DNA of 64,000 nucleotides, taken from positions 38,799 through 102,798 of the forward strand of contig NZ_JBGAKA010000028.1 in NCBI RefSeq assembly GCF_044224635.1, written 5' to 3'. How positions within the stretch are numbered: position 1 is the stretch's first letter; each line of letters starts with the position of its first letter. The translations under genes were made by a program, and so were the position numbers. The stretch comes from Reyranella sp. (GTDB lineage: Bacteria; Pseudomonadota; Alphaproteobacteria; Reyranellales; Reyranellaceae). Below are positions 17,585 through 28,051 of the stretch, piece by piece. Under the pieces are notes generated by a model that searched no databases, was not told where the DNA came from, and saw only the letters and a list, made by a program, of their open reading frames with translations.

Positions 17585-18673
17585 ATGCCGGTGCGGGTGA
17601 TCGGAATGATCGGTGTCACGCCGCCCAGCGACGGCGCCACCGTCCACGTCATCCGCGGCGGACTCTCGCCCGCTTACCTGCGTTCCTTCGCCCAGGCGCA
17701 CGACCAGGCCGGCTTCGACCTGGCGCTGGTCGGCTACACCGCCTCGTCGGCCGAGGGTTTCCTCGTCGCCCAATACGCCGCGCAGCACACCGAACGGCTG
17801 GGTTTCCTCATCGCCCATCGTCCGGGGTTCGTCGCGCCGACGCTGGCGGCGCGCAAGATCGCCACCTTCGATCAGCTCACCGGCGGACGCGTCGCGATCC
17901 ACATCATCTCGGGCGCCAGCGATGCCGAGCAGGAGAACGAAGGCGATTTCGCCCCCAAGGAAGTGCGCTACCGCCGCGCCGCCGAGTACATCGAGGTGAT
18001 GAAGCGTGTGTGGACGAGCGACAGGCGCTTCGACTTCGAGGGCGAGTTCTATCGCCTGCGCGGCGCGCGCTCCGACGTCCAGCCCCTGCAGAAGCCGCAC
18101 CCGCCGCTGTTCTTCGGCGGCTCGTCGGAAGGCGCGCTGGCGATGGGCGCCGAGCACTGCGACGTGTTCGCGATGTTCGGCGAGCCGCTCGCCGCCACTG
18201 CCCAGCGCATCGCCGAGTTCCGCAGCAGGGCGGCGAGATTCGCACGCACGCCCACCTTCAACATCTCGTTCCGGCCGATCCTGGGCGCGACCGAAGGGGA
18301 GGCGTGGGACCGCGCGCGGCGGATCCTGTCGGCCATCAAGAAGCCGGCCGACCCGACGGGCTTCGGCAACAACAAGGTGCCGCTCGATCAGTCGGCGCGC
18401 CGCCTGCTCGATTTCGCCGCGCAGGGCGAGACGCATGATGCGCGGCTGTGGATGCCGATCGCCGAGGCGACCGGCGCGACCGGCAACACCTCGTGCCTGG
18501 TCGGCACCGCCGAGCAGGTCGCCGATGCTCTGCTCGAGTACTACAAGCTCGGCGTCCATTCGTTCCTGGTTCGCGGCTTCGATCCGTACGAGGACACGAT
18601 CGAGTTCGGCCGCGAGCTGATCCCGCGCCTGCGCGCCGGCGCGGTCGAGCTCGACAGGGCGATGGCAGCGTAA
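17585..18673 (+). CDS. LLM-class (luciferase-like) flavin-dependent oxidoreductase
   Basis: 362 aa reading GFDLALVGY...FLIAHRPGFVAPTLAARKIATFDQLTGGRVAIHIISG...PPLFFGGSS, typical of the LLM family. Confidence 0.85.
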   Translation: MPVRVIGMIGVTPPSDGATVHVIRGGLSPAYLRSFAQAHDQAGFDLALVGYTASSAEGFLVAQYAAQHTERLGFLIAHRPGFVAPTLAARKIATFDQLTGGRVAIHIISGASDAEQENEGDFAPKEVRYRRAAEYIEVMKRVWTSDRRFDFEGEFYRLRGARSDVQPLQKPHPPLFFGGSSEGALAMGAEHCDVFAMFGEPLAATAQRIAEFRSRAARFARTPTFNISFRPILGATEGEAWDRARRILSAIKKPADPTGFGNNKVPLDQSARRLLDFAAQGETHDARLWMPIAEATGATGNTSCLVGTAEQVADALLEYYKLGVHSFLVRGFDPYEDTIEFGRELIPRLRAGAVELDRAMAA

Positions 18674-18844
18674 GCTACATTCCATGTTTCTCCACCTCGA
18701 GTGGAGTCCTTCCGACAGGCGATCGTTGCCGCAAAACTCGTACAGATTCGTCAGCACGCCCTTGCACTTGCTGTTATGTACGCCCCGACGAGCGTGTGGT
18801 GCAGCGAGTCGCGTGGCTTGGCGTGCGTGGGAGGAAGTAGGCGT

Positions 18845-19897
<1,053 letters not shown>

Positions 19898-19941
19898 GTT
19901 CGGGGAGTAGTGGTCAGGTAGAGTCAAGGAGGAAGCTCAAG

Positions 19942-21270
19942 ATGGTGTTCATTATCAGGCGGCGCGAGGCGATGGCCGCGGGCGCCGCGGCGGCAGCGAT
20001 GGCGTTGGCCCGGCAGGCGACCGGCCAGACCATTCCCAAGGCCGACGTGCCGGCGCCCAGGTTCGAGCCGGAGAAGGGCGCTGCCTTGCGCATCCTGCGG
20101 CCGGCCCGCTTCGTCGAGCCCGACGAGGTGATCTTCCGCGCCAACACCGCCAAGTTCACCAAGGACACCGGCATCGAGGTGCGCGTCGATTTCGTCGGCT
20201 GGGAAGATCTGCGCCAGCAGGCCGCCGTGTCGGCCAACACCGGCGCCGGTCCCGACATCATCCTGGGCTGGGCCGAGGATCCGCATGTCTATGCCGACAA
20301 GGTGTCGGAGGTCAGCGACGTCGCAGAATATCTCGGCAAGAAGTACGGCGGGTGGATGTTCCTGGCCGAGAAGTACGGCAAGAAGGCCGGCACCAACAAC
20401 TGGATCGGCATGCCGTTCGGCGGCTCGACAGGCCCGATCGTCTATCGCAAGTCGGCGGTCAAGGAAGCCGGCTTCGATACGGTGCCGTCGAGCCATGCCG
20501 ATTTCCTCAAGCTCTGCCAGGGCCTGAAGAAGATCAACAAGCCGGCGGGCTTCGCGCTCGGCAACGCGGTCGGCGACGGCAACGGCTTCGCCAACTGGCT
20601 GATCTGGTCGCATGGCGGCTTCCTGGTCGACGAAGGCGGCAAGGTGGCGATCAACAGCAAGGAGACGGTCGCGGCGCTGAAGTACCTCAAGGAGCTCTAT
20701 CCGACCTTCGTGCCGGGCACGATGTCGTGGGGCGACGTCAGCAACAACCGCGCCTTCGCCGCCAACGAGCTGTTCCTGACCGCCAACGGCGTGTCGCTCT
20801 ACTTCGCGCTGAAGAACGATCCGGCGACCAGGGCGATCGCCGACGACACCGACCATGCGCCGCTCATGAAAGGCGCCATCGACAAGCAGCCGCAGTCGGC
20901 GCTGGTGCTGAATGCCATGCTGTTCAAGCATTCCAAGTTTCAGAACGCGGCCAAGGCCTACCTGACCTACATGATGGAGGCCGAGCAGTACGACGCCTGG
21001 CTGACCGGCTGCCTGGGCTACTGGGCGCATCCGCTCAAGGCCTACAATTCGAGCAAGGTATGGGACAGCGACCCCAAGCTCGCGGTCTATCGCGAGGGCA
21101 TGAACAACCAGTTCTGGACCGGCTACAAGGGCCCGATCACCCAGGCCGCCGGCACCGTCGCCGCCGAGTACATCCTGGTGCAGATGTGCGCCTCGGTGGC
21201 CTCCGGCCAGGCGACGCCGGAAGACGCCGCGAAGGAGGCCGAGCGCCGCACCCGGCGGTATTACCGCTGA
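19942..21270 (+). CDS. ABC transporter extracellular solute-binding protein (carbohydrate family 1), Tat/Sec-type leader
   Basis: AAGGAGGA lies upstream of the ATG at 19942. The leader reads RRREAMAAGAAAAAMALARQA. The gene sits in an operon with the ATPase and two permeases. Confidence 0.85.
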   Translation: MVFIIRRREAMAAGAAAAAMALARQATGQTIPKADVPAPRFEPEKGAALRILRPARFVEPDEVIFRANTAKFTKDTGIEVRVDFVGWEDLRQQAAVSANTGAGPDIILGWAEDPHVYADKVSEVSDVAEYLGKKYGGWMFLAEKYGKKAGTNNWIGMPFGGSTGPIVYRKSAVKEAGFDTVPSSHADFLKLCQGLKKINKPAGFALGNAVGDGNGFANWLIWSHGGFLVDEGGKVAINSKETVAALKYLKELYPTFVPGTMSWGDVSNNRAFAANELFLTANGVSLYFALKNDPATRAIADDTDHAPLMKGAIDKQPQSALVLNAMLFKHSKFQNAAKAYLTYMMEAEQYDAWLTGCLGYWAHPLKAYNSSKVWDSDPKLAVYREGMNNQFWTGYKGPITQAAGTVAAEYILVQMCASVASGQATPEDAAKEAERRTRRYYR

Positions 21271-21277
21271 CTCCCAT

Positions 21278-21437
21278 CCTCCCCAGCTTCGCTGGGGAGG
21301 TGTCCGCGTCTAAAGGCGTTTGGCCGCTCTGCGGCCAAAAGCCGATGCGGACGGAGGGGTCAAGGGCGACAGTCACGATGCTCATGACCCCTCCGTCGCC
21401 GTAAGACGGCGACACCTCCCCAGCTTCGCTGGGGAGG
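21278..21437. repeat. Full-length REP-A composite element (160 bp, 5 palindromic modules)
   Basis: Bounded by CCTCCCCAGCTTCGCTGGGGAGG at both ends. The internal modules match the copies at 28052 and 62653 but appear in reversed order. Confidence 0.85.
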
Positions 21438-21465
21438 AAGCATGAGATGAGCCTCCGGAGGCCAG

Positions 21466-22422
21466 ATGACCGTCGCCACCGTTTCCGACTGGACCCGCAC
21501 CCGGCCGCAGCCCGGCTGGCTGATGCGGGTGTTCGACTACAAGCCGTTCCTGATCTTCCTCTGCCTGGTGCCGGCCGGCGGCCTGCTCACCGTGTTCCTG
21601 ACCTATCCGCTGGGGCTCGGCGTATGGCTCGCCTTCACCGACACCAAGATCGGCCGCACCGGCCAATGGATCGGGCTGGAGAATTTCGAGTACCTGCTCG
21701 AGGACCCGCTGTTCTGGAAAGCGGTGTTCTACAGCGTGTTCTACACCGGCGTGGCGACCTTCGGAAAATTCGCCCTCGGCCTGTGGCTGGCGCTGCTGCT
21801 CAACAACCACGTGCCCTTCAAGAGCCTGCTGCGCGCCATCATCCTGCTGCCGTGGATCGTGCCGACGGTGCTGTCGGCCATCGCCTTCTGGTGGATCTAC
21901 GATCCGCAATTCTCGATCCTGTCCTACCTCGCGGTCGACGTGCTGCATATCCGCAGCGAGAATTTCGACTTCCTCAGCACGACCTGGCCGGCGCGCTGGT
22001 CGCTGATCGCCGCCAACATCTGGCGCGGCATCCCGTTCGTGGCGATCTCGCTGCTGGCCGGCCTGCAGACCATCTCGCCGTCGCTCTACGAGGCGGCGCT
22101 GCTCGACGGCTCCACGGCGTGGCAGCGCTTCCGCTACATCACCTTCCCGCTGCTGCTGCCGATCCTCGCGATCGTCATGACGTTCTCGATCATCTTCACC
22201 TTCACCGACTTCCAGCTGGTCTACGCCATCACCCGCGGCGGGCCGGTCAACTCGACCCACCTGATGGCGACGCTGGCCTTCCAGCGCGGCATCGCCGGCG
22301 GCGAGCTGGGCGAGGGCGCGGCGATCGCCGTCTCGATGATCCCGTTCCTCGTCTTCGCCACGCTGTTCAGCTACTTCGCGCTGGCGCGCCGCAAGTGGCA
22401 GCAGGGAGAGGCCAATGACTGA
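21466..22422 (+). CDS. Carbohydrate ABC transporter permease
   Basis: 318 aa, multi-TM, with the EAA-loop region YEAALLDGSTAWQRFRYITFPLL. Confidence 0.9.
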   Translation: MTVATVSDWTRTRPQPGWLMRVFDYKPFLIFLCLVPAGGLLTVFLTYPLGLGVWLAFTDTKIGRTGQWIGLENFEYLLEDPLFWKAVFYSVFYTGVATFGKFALGLWLALLLNNHVPFKSLLRAIILLPWIVPTVLSAIAFWWIYDPQFSILSYLAVDVLHIRSENFDFLSTTWPARWSLIAANIWRGIPFVAISLLAGLQTISPSLYEAALLDGSTAWQRFRYITFPLLLPILAIVMTFSIIFTFTDFQLVYAITRGGPVNSTHLMATLAFQRGIAGGELGEGAAIAVSMIPFLVFATLFSYFALARRKWQQGEAND

Positions 22423-23314
22423 CACTCCCGCCAACCAGACCCAGTCGACCGCCACGGTGGTCCCTGAGCAGATGGCATGGGACAGCCGCGCCCGGCGCAT
22501 GGTGACGATCTACCTGCCGCTTGCCTGCTTCGTCATCATCCTGCTGTTCCCATTCTATTGGATGACCATCACGTCGTTCAAACCGAACGCCGAGCTGTAC
22601 GACTACAAGACCTACAATCCGTTCCTGATCGGCAGCCCGACGCTCGATCACGTCTACAAGCTGCTGTTCGCCACGTCCTATCCGCGGTGGCTGCTGACGA
22701 CCATGGGGGTGGCGGTGTGCGCCACCTTCCTGTCGCTGCTGTCGAGCGTGCTGGCGGCCTACGCCATCCAGCGCCTGCGCTTCCGGGGCAGCCAGTATGT
22801 CGGCCTCGGCATCTATCTCGCCTACCTGGTGCCGCCGTCGATCCTGTTCATTCCGCTGGCCACCACGGTCTACCAGCTCGGCCTGTTCGACACGCCGCTG
22901 GCGCTGATCCTGACCTACCCGACTTTCCTGGTGCCGTTCTGCACCTGGCTGCTGATCGGCTACTTCAAGTCGATCCCCTACGAGCTCGAGGAATGCGCCC
23001 TGATCGACGGCGCCACGCGCCTGCAGATCCTGCGCCGCATCACCCTGCCGCTCGCCGTGCCGGGACTGATCTCGGCCGGCATCTTCTCCTTCACCCTGTC
23101 ATGGAACGAGTTCATCTACTCGCTGGCCTTCATCCAGAGCAGCGAGAAGAAGACCGTGCCGGTCGCCATCCTGACCGAGCTGGTGTCGGGCGACGTCTAC
23201 CAGTGGGGCGCGTTGATGGCGGGCTCCCTGCTGGGCTCGCTGCCGGTGGCGATCTTCTACTCGTTCTTCGTCGACTACTACGTCTCGTCCCTCACGGGTG
23301 CGGTGAAGGAGTGA
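22415..23314 (+). CDS. Carbohydrate ABC transporter permease
   Basis: 299 aa with EAA loop LEECALIDGATRLQILRRITLPLAVPG. Overlaps the upstream permease by 8 nt. Confidence 0.9.
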   Translation: MTDTPANQTQSTATVVPEQMAWDSRARRMVTIYLPLACFVIILLFPFYWMTITSFKPNAELYDYKTYNPFLIGSPTLDHVYKLLFATSYPRWLLTTMGVAVCATFLSLLSSVLAAYAIQRLRFRGSQYVGLGIYLAYLVPPSILFIPLATTVYQLGLFDTPLALILTYPTFLVPFCTWLLIGYFKSIPYELEECALIDGATRLQILRRITLPLAVPGLISAGIFSFTLSWNEFIYSLAFIQSSEKKTVPVAILTELVSGDVYQWGALMAGSLLGSLPVAIFYSFFVDYYVSSLTGAVKE

Positions 23315-23325
23315 GATGTTCCCCG

Positions 23326-23440
23326 CCTCCCCAGCGAAGCTGGGGAGGTGTCCGCGTAATCGCGGACGGAGGGGTCATGAGTCACGTGAGGAGGCCTCCG
23401 ACCCCTCTGTCGCCGCATGACGGCCACTTCGTGGGGAGGA
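23326..23440. repeat. REP-A composite element (shorter variant)
   Basis: CCTCCCCAGCGAAGCTGGGGAGG, then GTCCGCGTAATCGCGGAC, then the AGGGGTCATGAG... module. Confidence 0.8.
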
Positions 23441-23443
23441 GAC

Positions 23444-25060
23444 TCAGAGCTTTCCGCTCGCGACCTCGAGCCACAACTCGCGCACCTCGCCGTCGAGGTC
23501 GTCGACCACCTTGCAGACGTCGTCGAGGATCATCGTCGGCCGCGTCGCCGCCGTGTAGGCGGGCCATGCCGGCAGCGCGGCGTTGTCGGGCCTGCCGGTG
23601 CGTGCGAAGGTGGCCCAGGTCGCCGACACGCGATCGGCCAGCGCCTGGTCGCCGGGCCGGCGATGGGACGCGCCGATCACGTGCAGCGTGTCGAACACGA
23701 ACGGCACGTCGACCGAGTGCGGCGACTTCAGTCGGCCGCCGAACGCCGGCGTCTCCCAGTCGAGGCTGTACATCCACACCGGCGCCTGGCCGCGCGCCGC
23801 CTTGGCGCCGGCCAGCATCAGCTCGCGCACGTGGAAGTTCGACATGGTGAGGGCGGTGATCAGGCGGTCGGTCGGGCTCGCGTCGGGGTCGCGCCGCTTG
23901 TAGTAGGCGAGCAGCGTCTCCGCCGCGCCGCCCGCCACCGCCGCGACGCGGGTGCGCAGCTCCTCCTCGGTGATCGTGCGGTTCCACACCTTGTCGTCGG
24001 GCGCGAAGAAGATCGCGGTCTCGTCCTTGGTGCCACCGACCATGATCGGCACATCGTCCGAGATCGCCGGGGCCGCCGGATCGAAGGGGTGCGCCGGCAG
24101 CACCGTGCCGTCGATCACCGGCCCGAAATTGTAGCGATCGAGCAGTGGCAGCCGGGGCCGCGGCAACGTCTGCTGCGCCGGCGCCACGGCCTCTTGCAGG
24201 CGGGCGAGCGGCAGGGCCTGCAGCGCCGCGAGCTGGTCCGGTCGCAACCCGAGATGCTTCAGCACCGCGTGGGCAAGCCGAGCGGTGCGCTCGGGCTCGG
24301 CGAAGCGCACGCTGGCGCCGCTCTGCACGATGGCCTTGTGGAACAGGCCTTTCGCCTCGGGCATGGCGAGCAGCGCGCAGGATTTTCCGCCGCCGCCCGA
24401 CTGGCCGAAGATCGTGACGTTTCCCGGATCGCCGCCGAAGCGCGCCGCATGCTCTCGAACCCACTTCAGCGCCAACACGAGATCGAGCACGCCGGCGTTG
24501 CCGGACCGGGCGAAGCGTTCGTCGCCCAGGCTCGACAGGTCGAGATGGCCGAAGATGTTGAGGCGGTGATTGACCGCGAAGACCACGACGTCCTGGCGCC
24601 GCGCCAGGTTGGTGCTGTCGTAGCGCGGGGCGTTGGCCGAGCCGTAGGAGAACGCGCCGCCGTGCAGCCAGACCATCACCGGCCGCTTGCCGCTGTCGAG
24701 GCCGGGCGTCCAGACATGCAGGGTCAGGCAATCCTCGCCGACCGGCAGCGTGTCGACCGGCCCCCACACCGTCGCGAGCTCGGGCCGCTGCGGCGCGGCT
24801 GGTGCCTGCGGCGAGCGCCCGGCATAGGTGACGGCCTCGCGGACCCCCGTCCAGGGCTCCGGCTTGCGGGGCGGCATGAAGCGATTGGCGCCGGCTGTCG
24901 AGGCGCCGTAGGGGATGCCCTTGAAGATGTGCACGCCCTTGTCGGTGACGCCCACCACCTTGCCGGAGGCGGTCTCGACGACGGGAGAGGGCGCGGTCGC
25001 GGCGGACCGCAGCGAGGGGGTAACGGCATCTCCGGCCATGGGCTTGTCCTTTCTCGTCAA
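23444..25060 (-). CDS. Type-B carboxylesterase/lipase family protein
   Basis: 538 aa with FKGIPYGAST, WLHGGAFSYGS, GDPGNVTIFGQSGGG (GxSxG nucleophile elbow). Confidence 0.85.
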   Translation of the reverse strand: MTRKDKPMAGDAVTPSLRSAATAPSPVVETASGKVVGVTDKGVHIFKGIPYGASTAGANRFMPPRKPEPWTGVREAVTYAGRSPQAPAAPQRPELATVWGPVDTLPVGEDCLTLHVWTPGLDSGKRPVMVWLHGGAFSYGSANAPRYDSTNLARRQDVVVFAVNHRLNIFGHLDLSSLGDERFARSGNAGVLDLVLALKWVREHAARFGGDPGNVTIFGQSGGGGKSCALLAMPEAKGLFHKAIVQSGASVRFAEPERTARLAHAVLKHLGLRPDQLAALQALPLARLQEAVAPAQQTLPRPRLPLLDRYNFGPVIDGTVLPAHPFDPAAPAISDDVPIMVGGTKDETAIFFAPDDKVWNRTITEEELRTRVAAVAGGAAETLLAYYKRRDPDASPTDRLITALTMSNFHVRELMLAGAKAARGQAPVWMYSLDWETPAFGGRLKSPHSVDVPFVFDTLHVIGASHRRPGDQALADRVSATWATFARTGRPDNAALPAWPAYTAATRPTMILDDVCKVVDDLDGEVRELWLEVASGKL

Positions 25061-25063
25061 CCT

Positions 25064-25208
25064 CCTCCCCAGCTGCGCTGGGGAGGTGTCGCGTCATACG
25101 CGACGGAGGGGGCATGGGCCATGAATCATGGTTTCACGATTCATGCTCATGGCTCATGACCCCTCCGGCGGCGAAGACGCCAACACCTCCCGGGCGAAGC
25201 TGGAGAGG
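25064..25208. repeat. REP-A composite element (variant)
   Basis: CCTCCCCAGCTGCGCTGGGGAGG, GTCGCGTCATACGCGAC, nested CATGA palindromes, and a degenerate terminal hairpin. Confidence 0.8.
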
Positions 25209-25216
25209 AAGCAAAG

Positions 25217-25519
25217 TTACTGCCTCGACAGCAGCTTGGTCGTGATGGTGCTCCACTCGTCCTGCAGCGAGACGTCGGTCGGCATCGGGTGGCGCGCGCG
25301 CTGGTACCAGCCGCCGGCGTTGCGCATGTCGCCTTCCTGGCGATGCAGGTGGGCATGGACCCAGTTGCAGTCGTCATCGTCCTCGTGCTGCTGCACGCAC
25401 TGGTGGGCGCGGTCCCAGTCGCCGCGCAGCAGCCACCACAGGGCCTGGAGGGCCGGGCTGACATCCGTCGGAGGCGCGTCGGCCGAGATGCTGCTGCGGA
25501 AGGAATCGATGGTCGTCAT
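25217..25519 (-). CDS. Hypothetical 100-aa protein (His/Asp/Trp-rich)
   Basis: The internal ATG at 25519 has GGGAG 8 nt upstream. The sequence is MTTIDSF...WWLLRGDWDRAHQCVQQHEDDDDCNWVHAHLHRQEGDMRNAGGWYQRA. The motif resembles a conserved uncharacterised family, but I could not name it. Confidence 0.6.
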   Translation of the reverse strand: MTTIDSFRSSISADAPPTDVSPALQALWWLLRGDWDRAHQCVQQHEDDDDCNWVHAHLHRQEGDMRNAGGWYQRARHPMPTDVSLQDEWSTITTKLLSRQ

Positions 25520-25575
25520 GATCGTGACTCCCTTGTTCTCGTGACGATGACGAGCGCATTCATGTCGGCGTGTCC

Positions 25576-26337
25576 CTACAGATACTTCGCCGGCCGGATC
25601 ATCGCCCGCCACATGTGGGCGACCGGGCTGTTGTCGAAGCCCAGCCCCTGCTCGGGCTGCCGGAAGTGGCGGCCGATGACGTCGGTGAACTCTTCCAGCT
25701 CGACATGCAGGTTGGGATCGAACGAGTAGATGTCGTGCAGGGTGATCTGCCGGCCCGTCATGTACCATTTATGATCGCGCATCCGCTTGTAGTCCTCCTC
25801 GACATAGGGGTCGGGGCGGTAGTCGGCGCCGAACGCGGTCACGTAGGATTGCGGGTACTCGTAGCCCACCGAATCGTCGGGATAGAAGCGCAGCACCTGG
25901 TGGGCGCGGATCGCCCAGGTGATCTCCTCGTCGACATAGGGCTCGACCAGCTGGGCGCCCCAGTAGCCGTGGTCGCCGCGGATGAAGCCGATGGTCGAGA
26001 TGTCGTGCAGCAGGCAGGCCAGAACCATCTTCTCGGGCAGGCCGGCCGTCACGGCGTGCCGGGCGCTCTGCAGCAGGTGCATGCTGGGGCCGAAGCGGTA
26101 CTTGAAGAAGTCGATCAGGGTCGGCTTCTCCGGCATCGCCGGCAGGCGTGGATCGTCGCCCATCAGCACCCGCGCCTTGGGATGCTGCTTCATCAACAGG
26201 CCGGCATTGGGTGGCGGGCTCATGTCGCCATCGGCCATCGTGTAGAGGCGCGACTTGATGACGATGTAGTCGAGCTCCTCGGACATCTTGGCTTCGAGCG
26301 CATCGGCGCGCTGCGACAGGCTCATGCTGGCGTTCAT
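25576..26337 (-). CDS. HD-domain-containing protein (putative metal-dependent phosphohydrolase)
   Basis: LLHDISTIGF contains the HD dyad, and further His residues occur in RAHQVL. The ATG at 26337 has GGAGGAAG upstream. Confidence 0.7.
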   Translation of the reverse strand: MNASMSLSQRADALEAKMSEELDYIVIKSRLYTMADGDMSPPPNAGLLMKQHPKARVLMGDDPRLPAMPEKPTLIDFFKYRFGPSMHLLQSARHAVTAGLPEKMVLACLLHDISTIGFIRGDHGYWGAQLVEPYVDEEITWAIRAHQVLRFYPDDSVGYEYPQSYVTAFGADYRPDPYVEEDYKRMRDHKWYMTGRQITLHDIYSFDPNLHVELEEFTDVIGRHFRQPEQGLGFDNSPVAHMWRAMIRPAKYL

Positions 26338-26477
26338 GGCTGGCCCTTCCTCCGCTTGCCTCCCGGATCGGGAGTGTTGCGGCGAGCCTAGCACGAGGCG
26401 TGCGGGAAGGACGACCCCGGGCGCGGCCGGTCAGCGTTGCCCGCCCCGGAGGAGGCACCCGGCTATCGCGGCGCCGG

Positions 26478-27240
26478 CTACCGGTCGGGCGGCAGGAAGC
26501 AGGGGAACTCCTCGACGTAGCGGAAGTAGCGCGCCAGGTGACGATCGGAAGCAGTCAGCAGGCCACGGCGGAAGCGGATCGTGCTGAGCACCGGGAGGTC
26601 CTCGCCGTTCAGCCGATCCACCATCTGTCGCACCGCGGGCAGCCGCGCTTCCTCGCCCTTGGGCACCCCGACCACGAAATGGCCGCGCGACCAGCCCGGC
26701 TCGACCGGCGCGCCGCTGAACAGCATGTACATGTCCTGGCCGGCGATATGGAGGTGCTGGGCGAACACGTTGGTACCGCTGATGCGGCCATGCTGGACGC
26801 CGCTCTCGAACTCGATGCCGCTCGCATCGACCTGCAGCTCGTCGGGCACGGCGATTGCCGGCAACCCGTGCAGTGTCTGCAGATGCTGGAAATCGACGCC
26901 GTTGGAGACGGCGATCCAGGTGTCGAACGGGGCAGGCGCCCGCTCGTGTGCCTCGAAGGTAGGGACGTGAGCCGCATCGCGAGGCTCTCGCCGACCTGTT
27001 CCGGCGGGCGCAGTCGGCCGGACTTCTCCGGCCCGGCGATCCCTACCGCATGGGCGGCCAGTTCTTCTCCCTGCTGTGGAGCGATCTCATGCAGCGTCTC
27101 CTGCTGGGCGTCGTGCGCGCGCCCGACATACGGGAGATCGAGCGGCGTGCCGTTGCGGCAACGGAAGCAGTGCTGGCGTTGAATGGCATGCCCGGCACTT
27201 GAGGTCGGGGCGTGCCATCCCGAAGGTCGGTGTCGTCTTC
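26478..27240 (-). pseudogene. Decayed Rieske-type ring-hydroxylating oxygenase alpha-subunit remnant (catalytic domain only, with at least one frameshift)
   Basis: The frame of ORF 26478..26864 stays open upstream with no start codon. There it encodes FDTWIAVSNGVDFQHLQTLHG (D-x2-H-x4-H mononuclear iron motif). Protein-like sequence continues in another frame (LPYVGRAHDAQQETLHEIAPQQGEELAAHAVGIAGPEK), with the switch near 26970. I found no CxH...CxxH Rieske motif. The upper boundary is approximate. Confidence 0.45.
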
Positions 27241-27325
27241 TGGGCCTCGGACGTCCCGCCTTGCCGGGAAGCATGCGCAGGCGCGATGTATTGCGGATGT
27301 GCCCGGCGCGTAATACGATCGTGCC

Positions 27326-27577
27326 ATGAAGACGTTGACGGTTCGACTGCCCGAGGCGTTGGTCGCCCAGCTCGAAGCCGAGTCGCGCCGGCGCAAGCTG
27401 TCGAAGTCCGACGTGGTGCGTGAGCGGCTGACTGCAACCGGCGAATCTCGCCAACCGGCTCTGCTCGATGCCATCGCCGACGTCGTCGGTTCGGTCGAAG
27501 GGCTGCCGCGCGATCTGAGCGCGCGGACGAAAAAGTACCTGAAGTCGACGGGATATGGTCAAAAGCGCGCTCGTTGA
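27326..27577 (+). CDS. vapB: Ribbon-helix-helix (CopG-like) antitoxin, VapB-type
   Basis: 83 aa reading MKTLTVRLPEALVAQLEAESRRRKLSKSDVVRERL, an RHH fold signature. It lies immediately upstream of, and overlaps, a PIN gene. Confidence 0.8.
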   Translation: MKTLTVRLPEALVAQLEAESRRRKLSKSDVVRERLTATGESRQPALLDAIADVVGSVEGLPRDLSARTKKYLKSTGYGQKRAR

Positions 27578-27965
27578 CGCTGGGTTCCTGGTGGCGCTGC
27601 TCAGTCGCCGCGATGCCAATCATCGCTGGGCTGCCGCGCAAGCGCCACGCTTGCCTCCCCCTTGGACGACTTGCGAAGCGGTGCTGTCGGAGGCTTCGCA
27701 TCTGCTCGGTAGGCGCGGGACCGCGAGCCTGACGTCACTGCTTCACCGCGGCGCTCTCGTCTGCGGCTTTCGTTTCGCCGACGACATGAACGCCGTACTC
27801 GGGCTCTTGGAGAAATATGCCGACGTGCCGATGAGTTTCGCGGATGCCTGCCTTGTCCGCATGACGGAGACGCTGAACGATCCTGTGCTGCTGACCACCG
27901 ACAGTGATTTCCGCATCTACCGGCGGCATGGCCGGCAGGCTGTTCCGTGTGTGTTGCCGCGTTGA
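27555..27965 (+). CDS. vapC: PIN-domain ribonuclease toxin, VapC-type
   Basis: 136 aa with the acidic quartet pattern: LVDAGFLVALL, CEAVLSEA, SFADACLV, LLTTDSDF. Confidence 0.85.
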   Translation: MVKSALVDAGFLVALLSRRDANHRWAAAQAPRLPPPWTTCEAVLSEASHLLGRRGTASLTSLLHRGALVCGFRFADDMNAVLGLLEKYADVPMSFADACLVRMTETLNDPVLLTTDSDFRIYRRHGRQAVPCVLPR

Positions 27966-28051
27966 AGCCGAGACCGGCAAGGCACGCTGCGAGTGGATTG
28001 GGGACGCGCTTCGGACGCCACATCCCGCAATTGCGCCGCGCCTTTCATTGT

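Noticed and set aside
26400-27182. 260-aa plus-strand ORF over the Rieske remnant
   Set aside because: It is antisense to the region carrying the recognisable oxygenase iron motif. It is Arg/Ala-rich and shows no domain signature.
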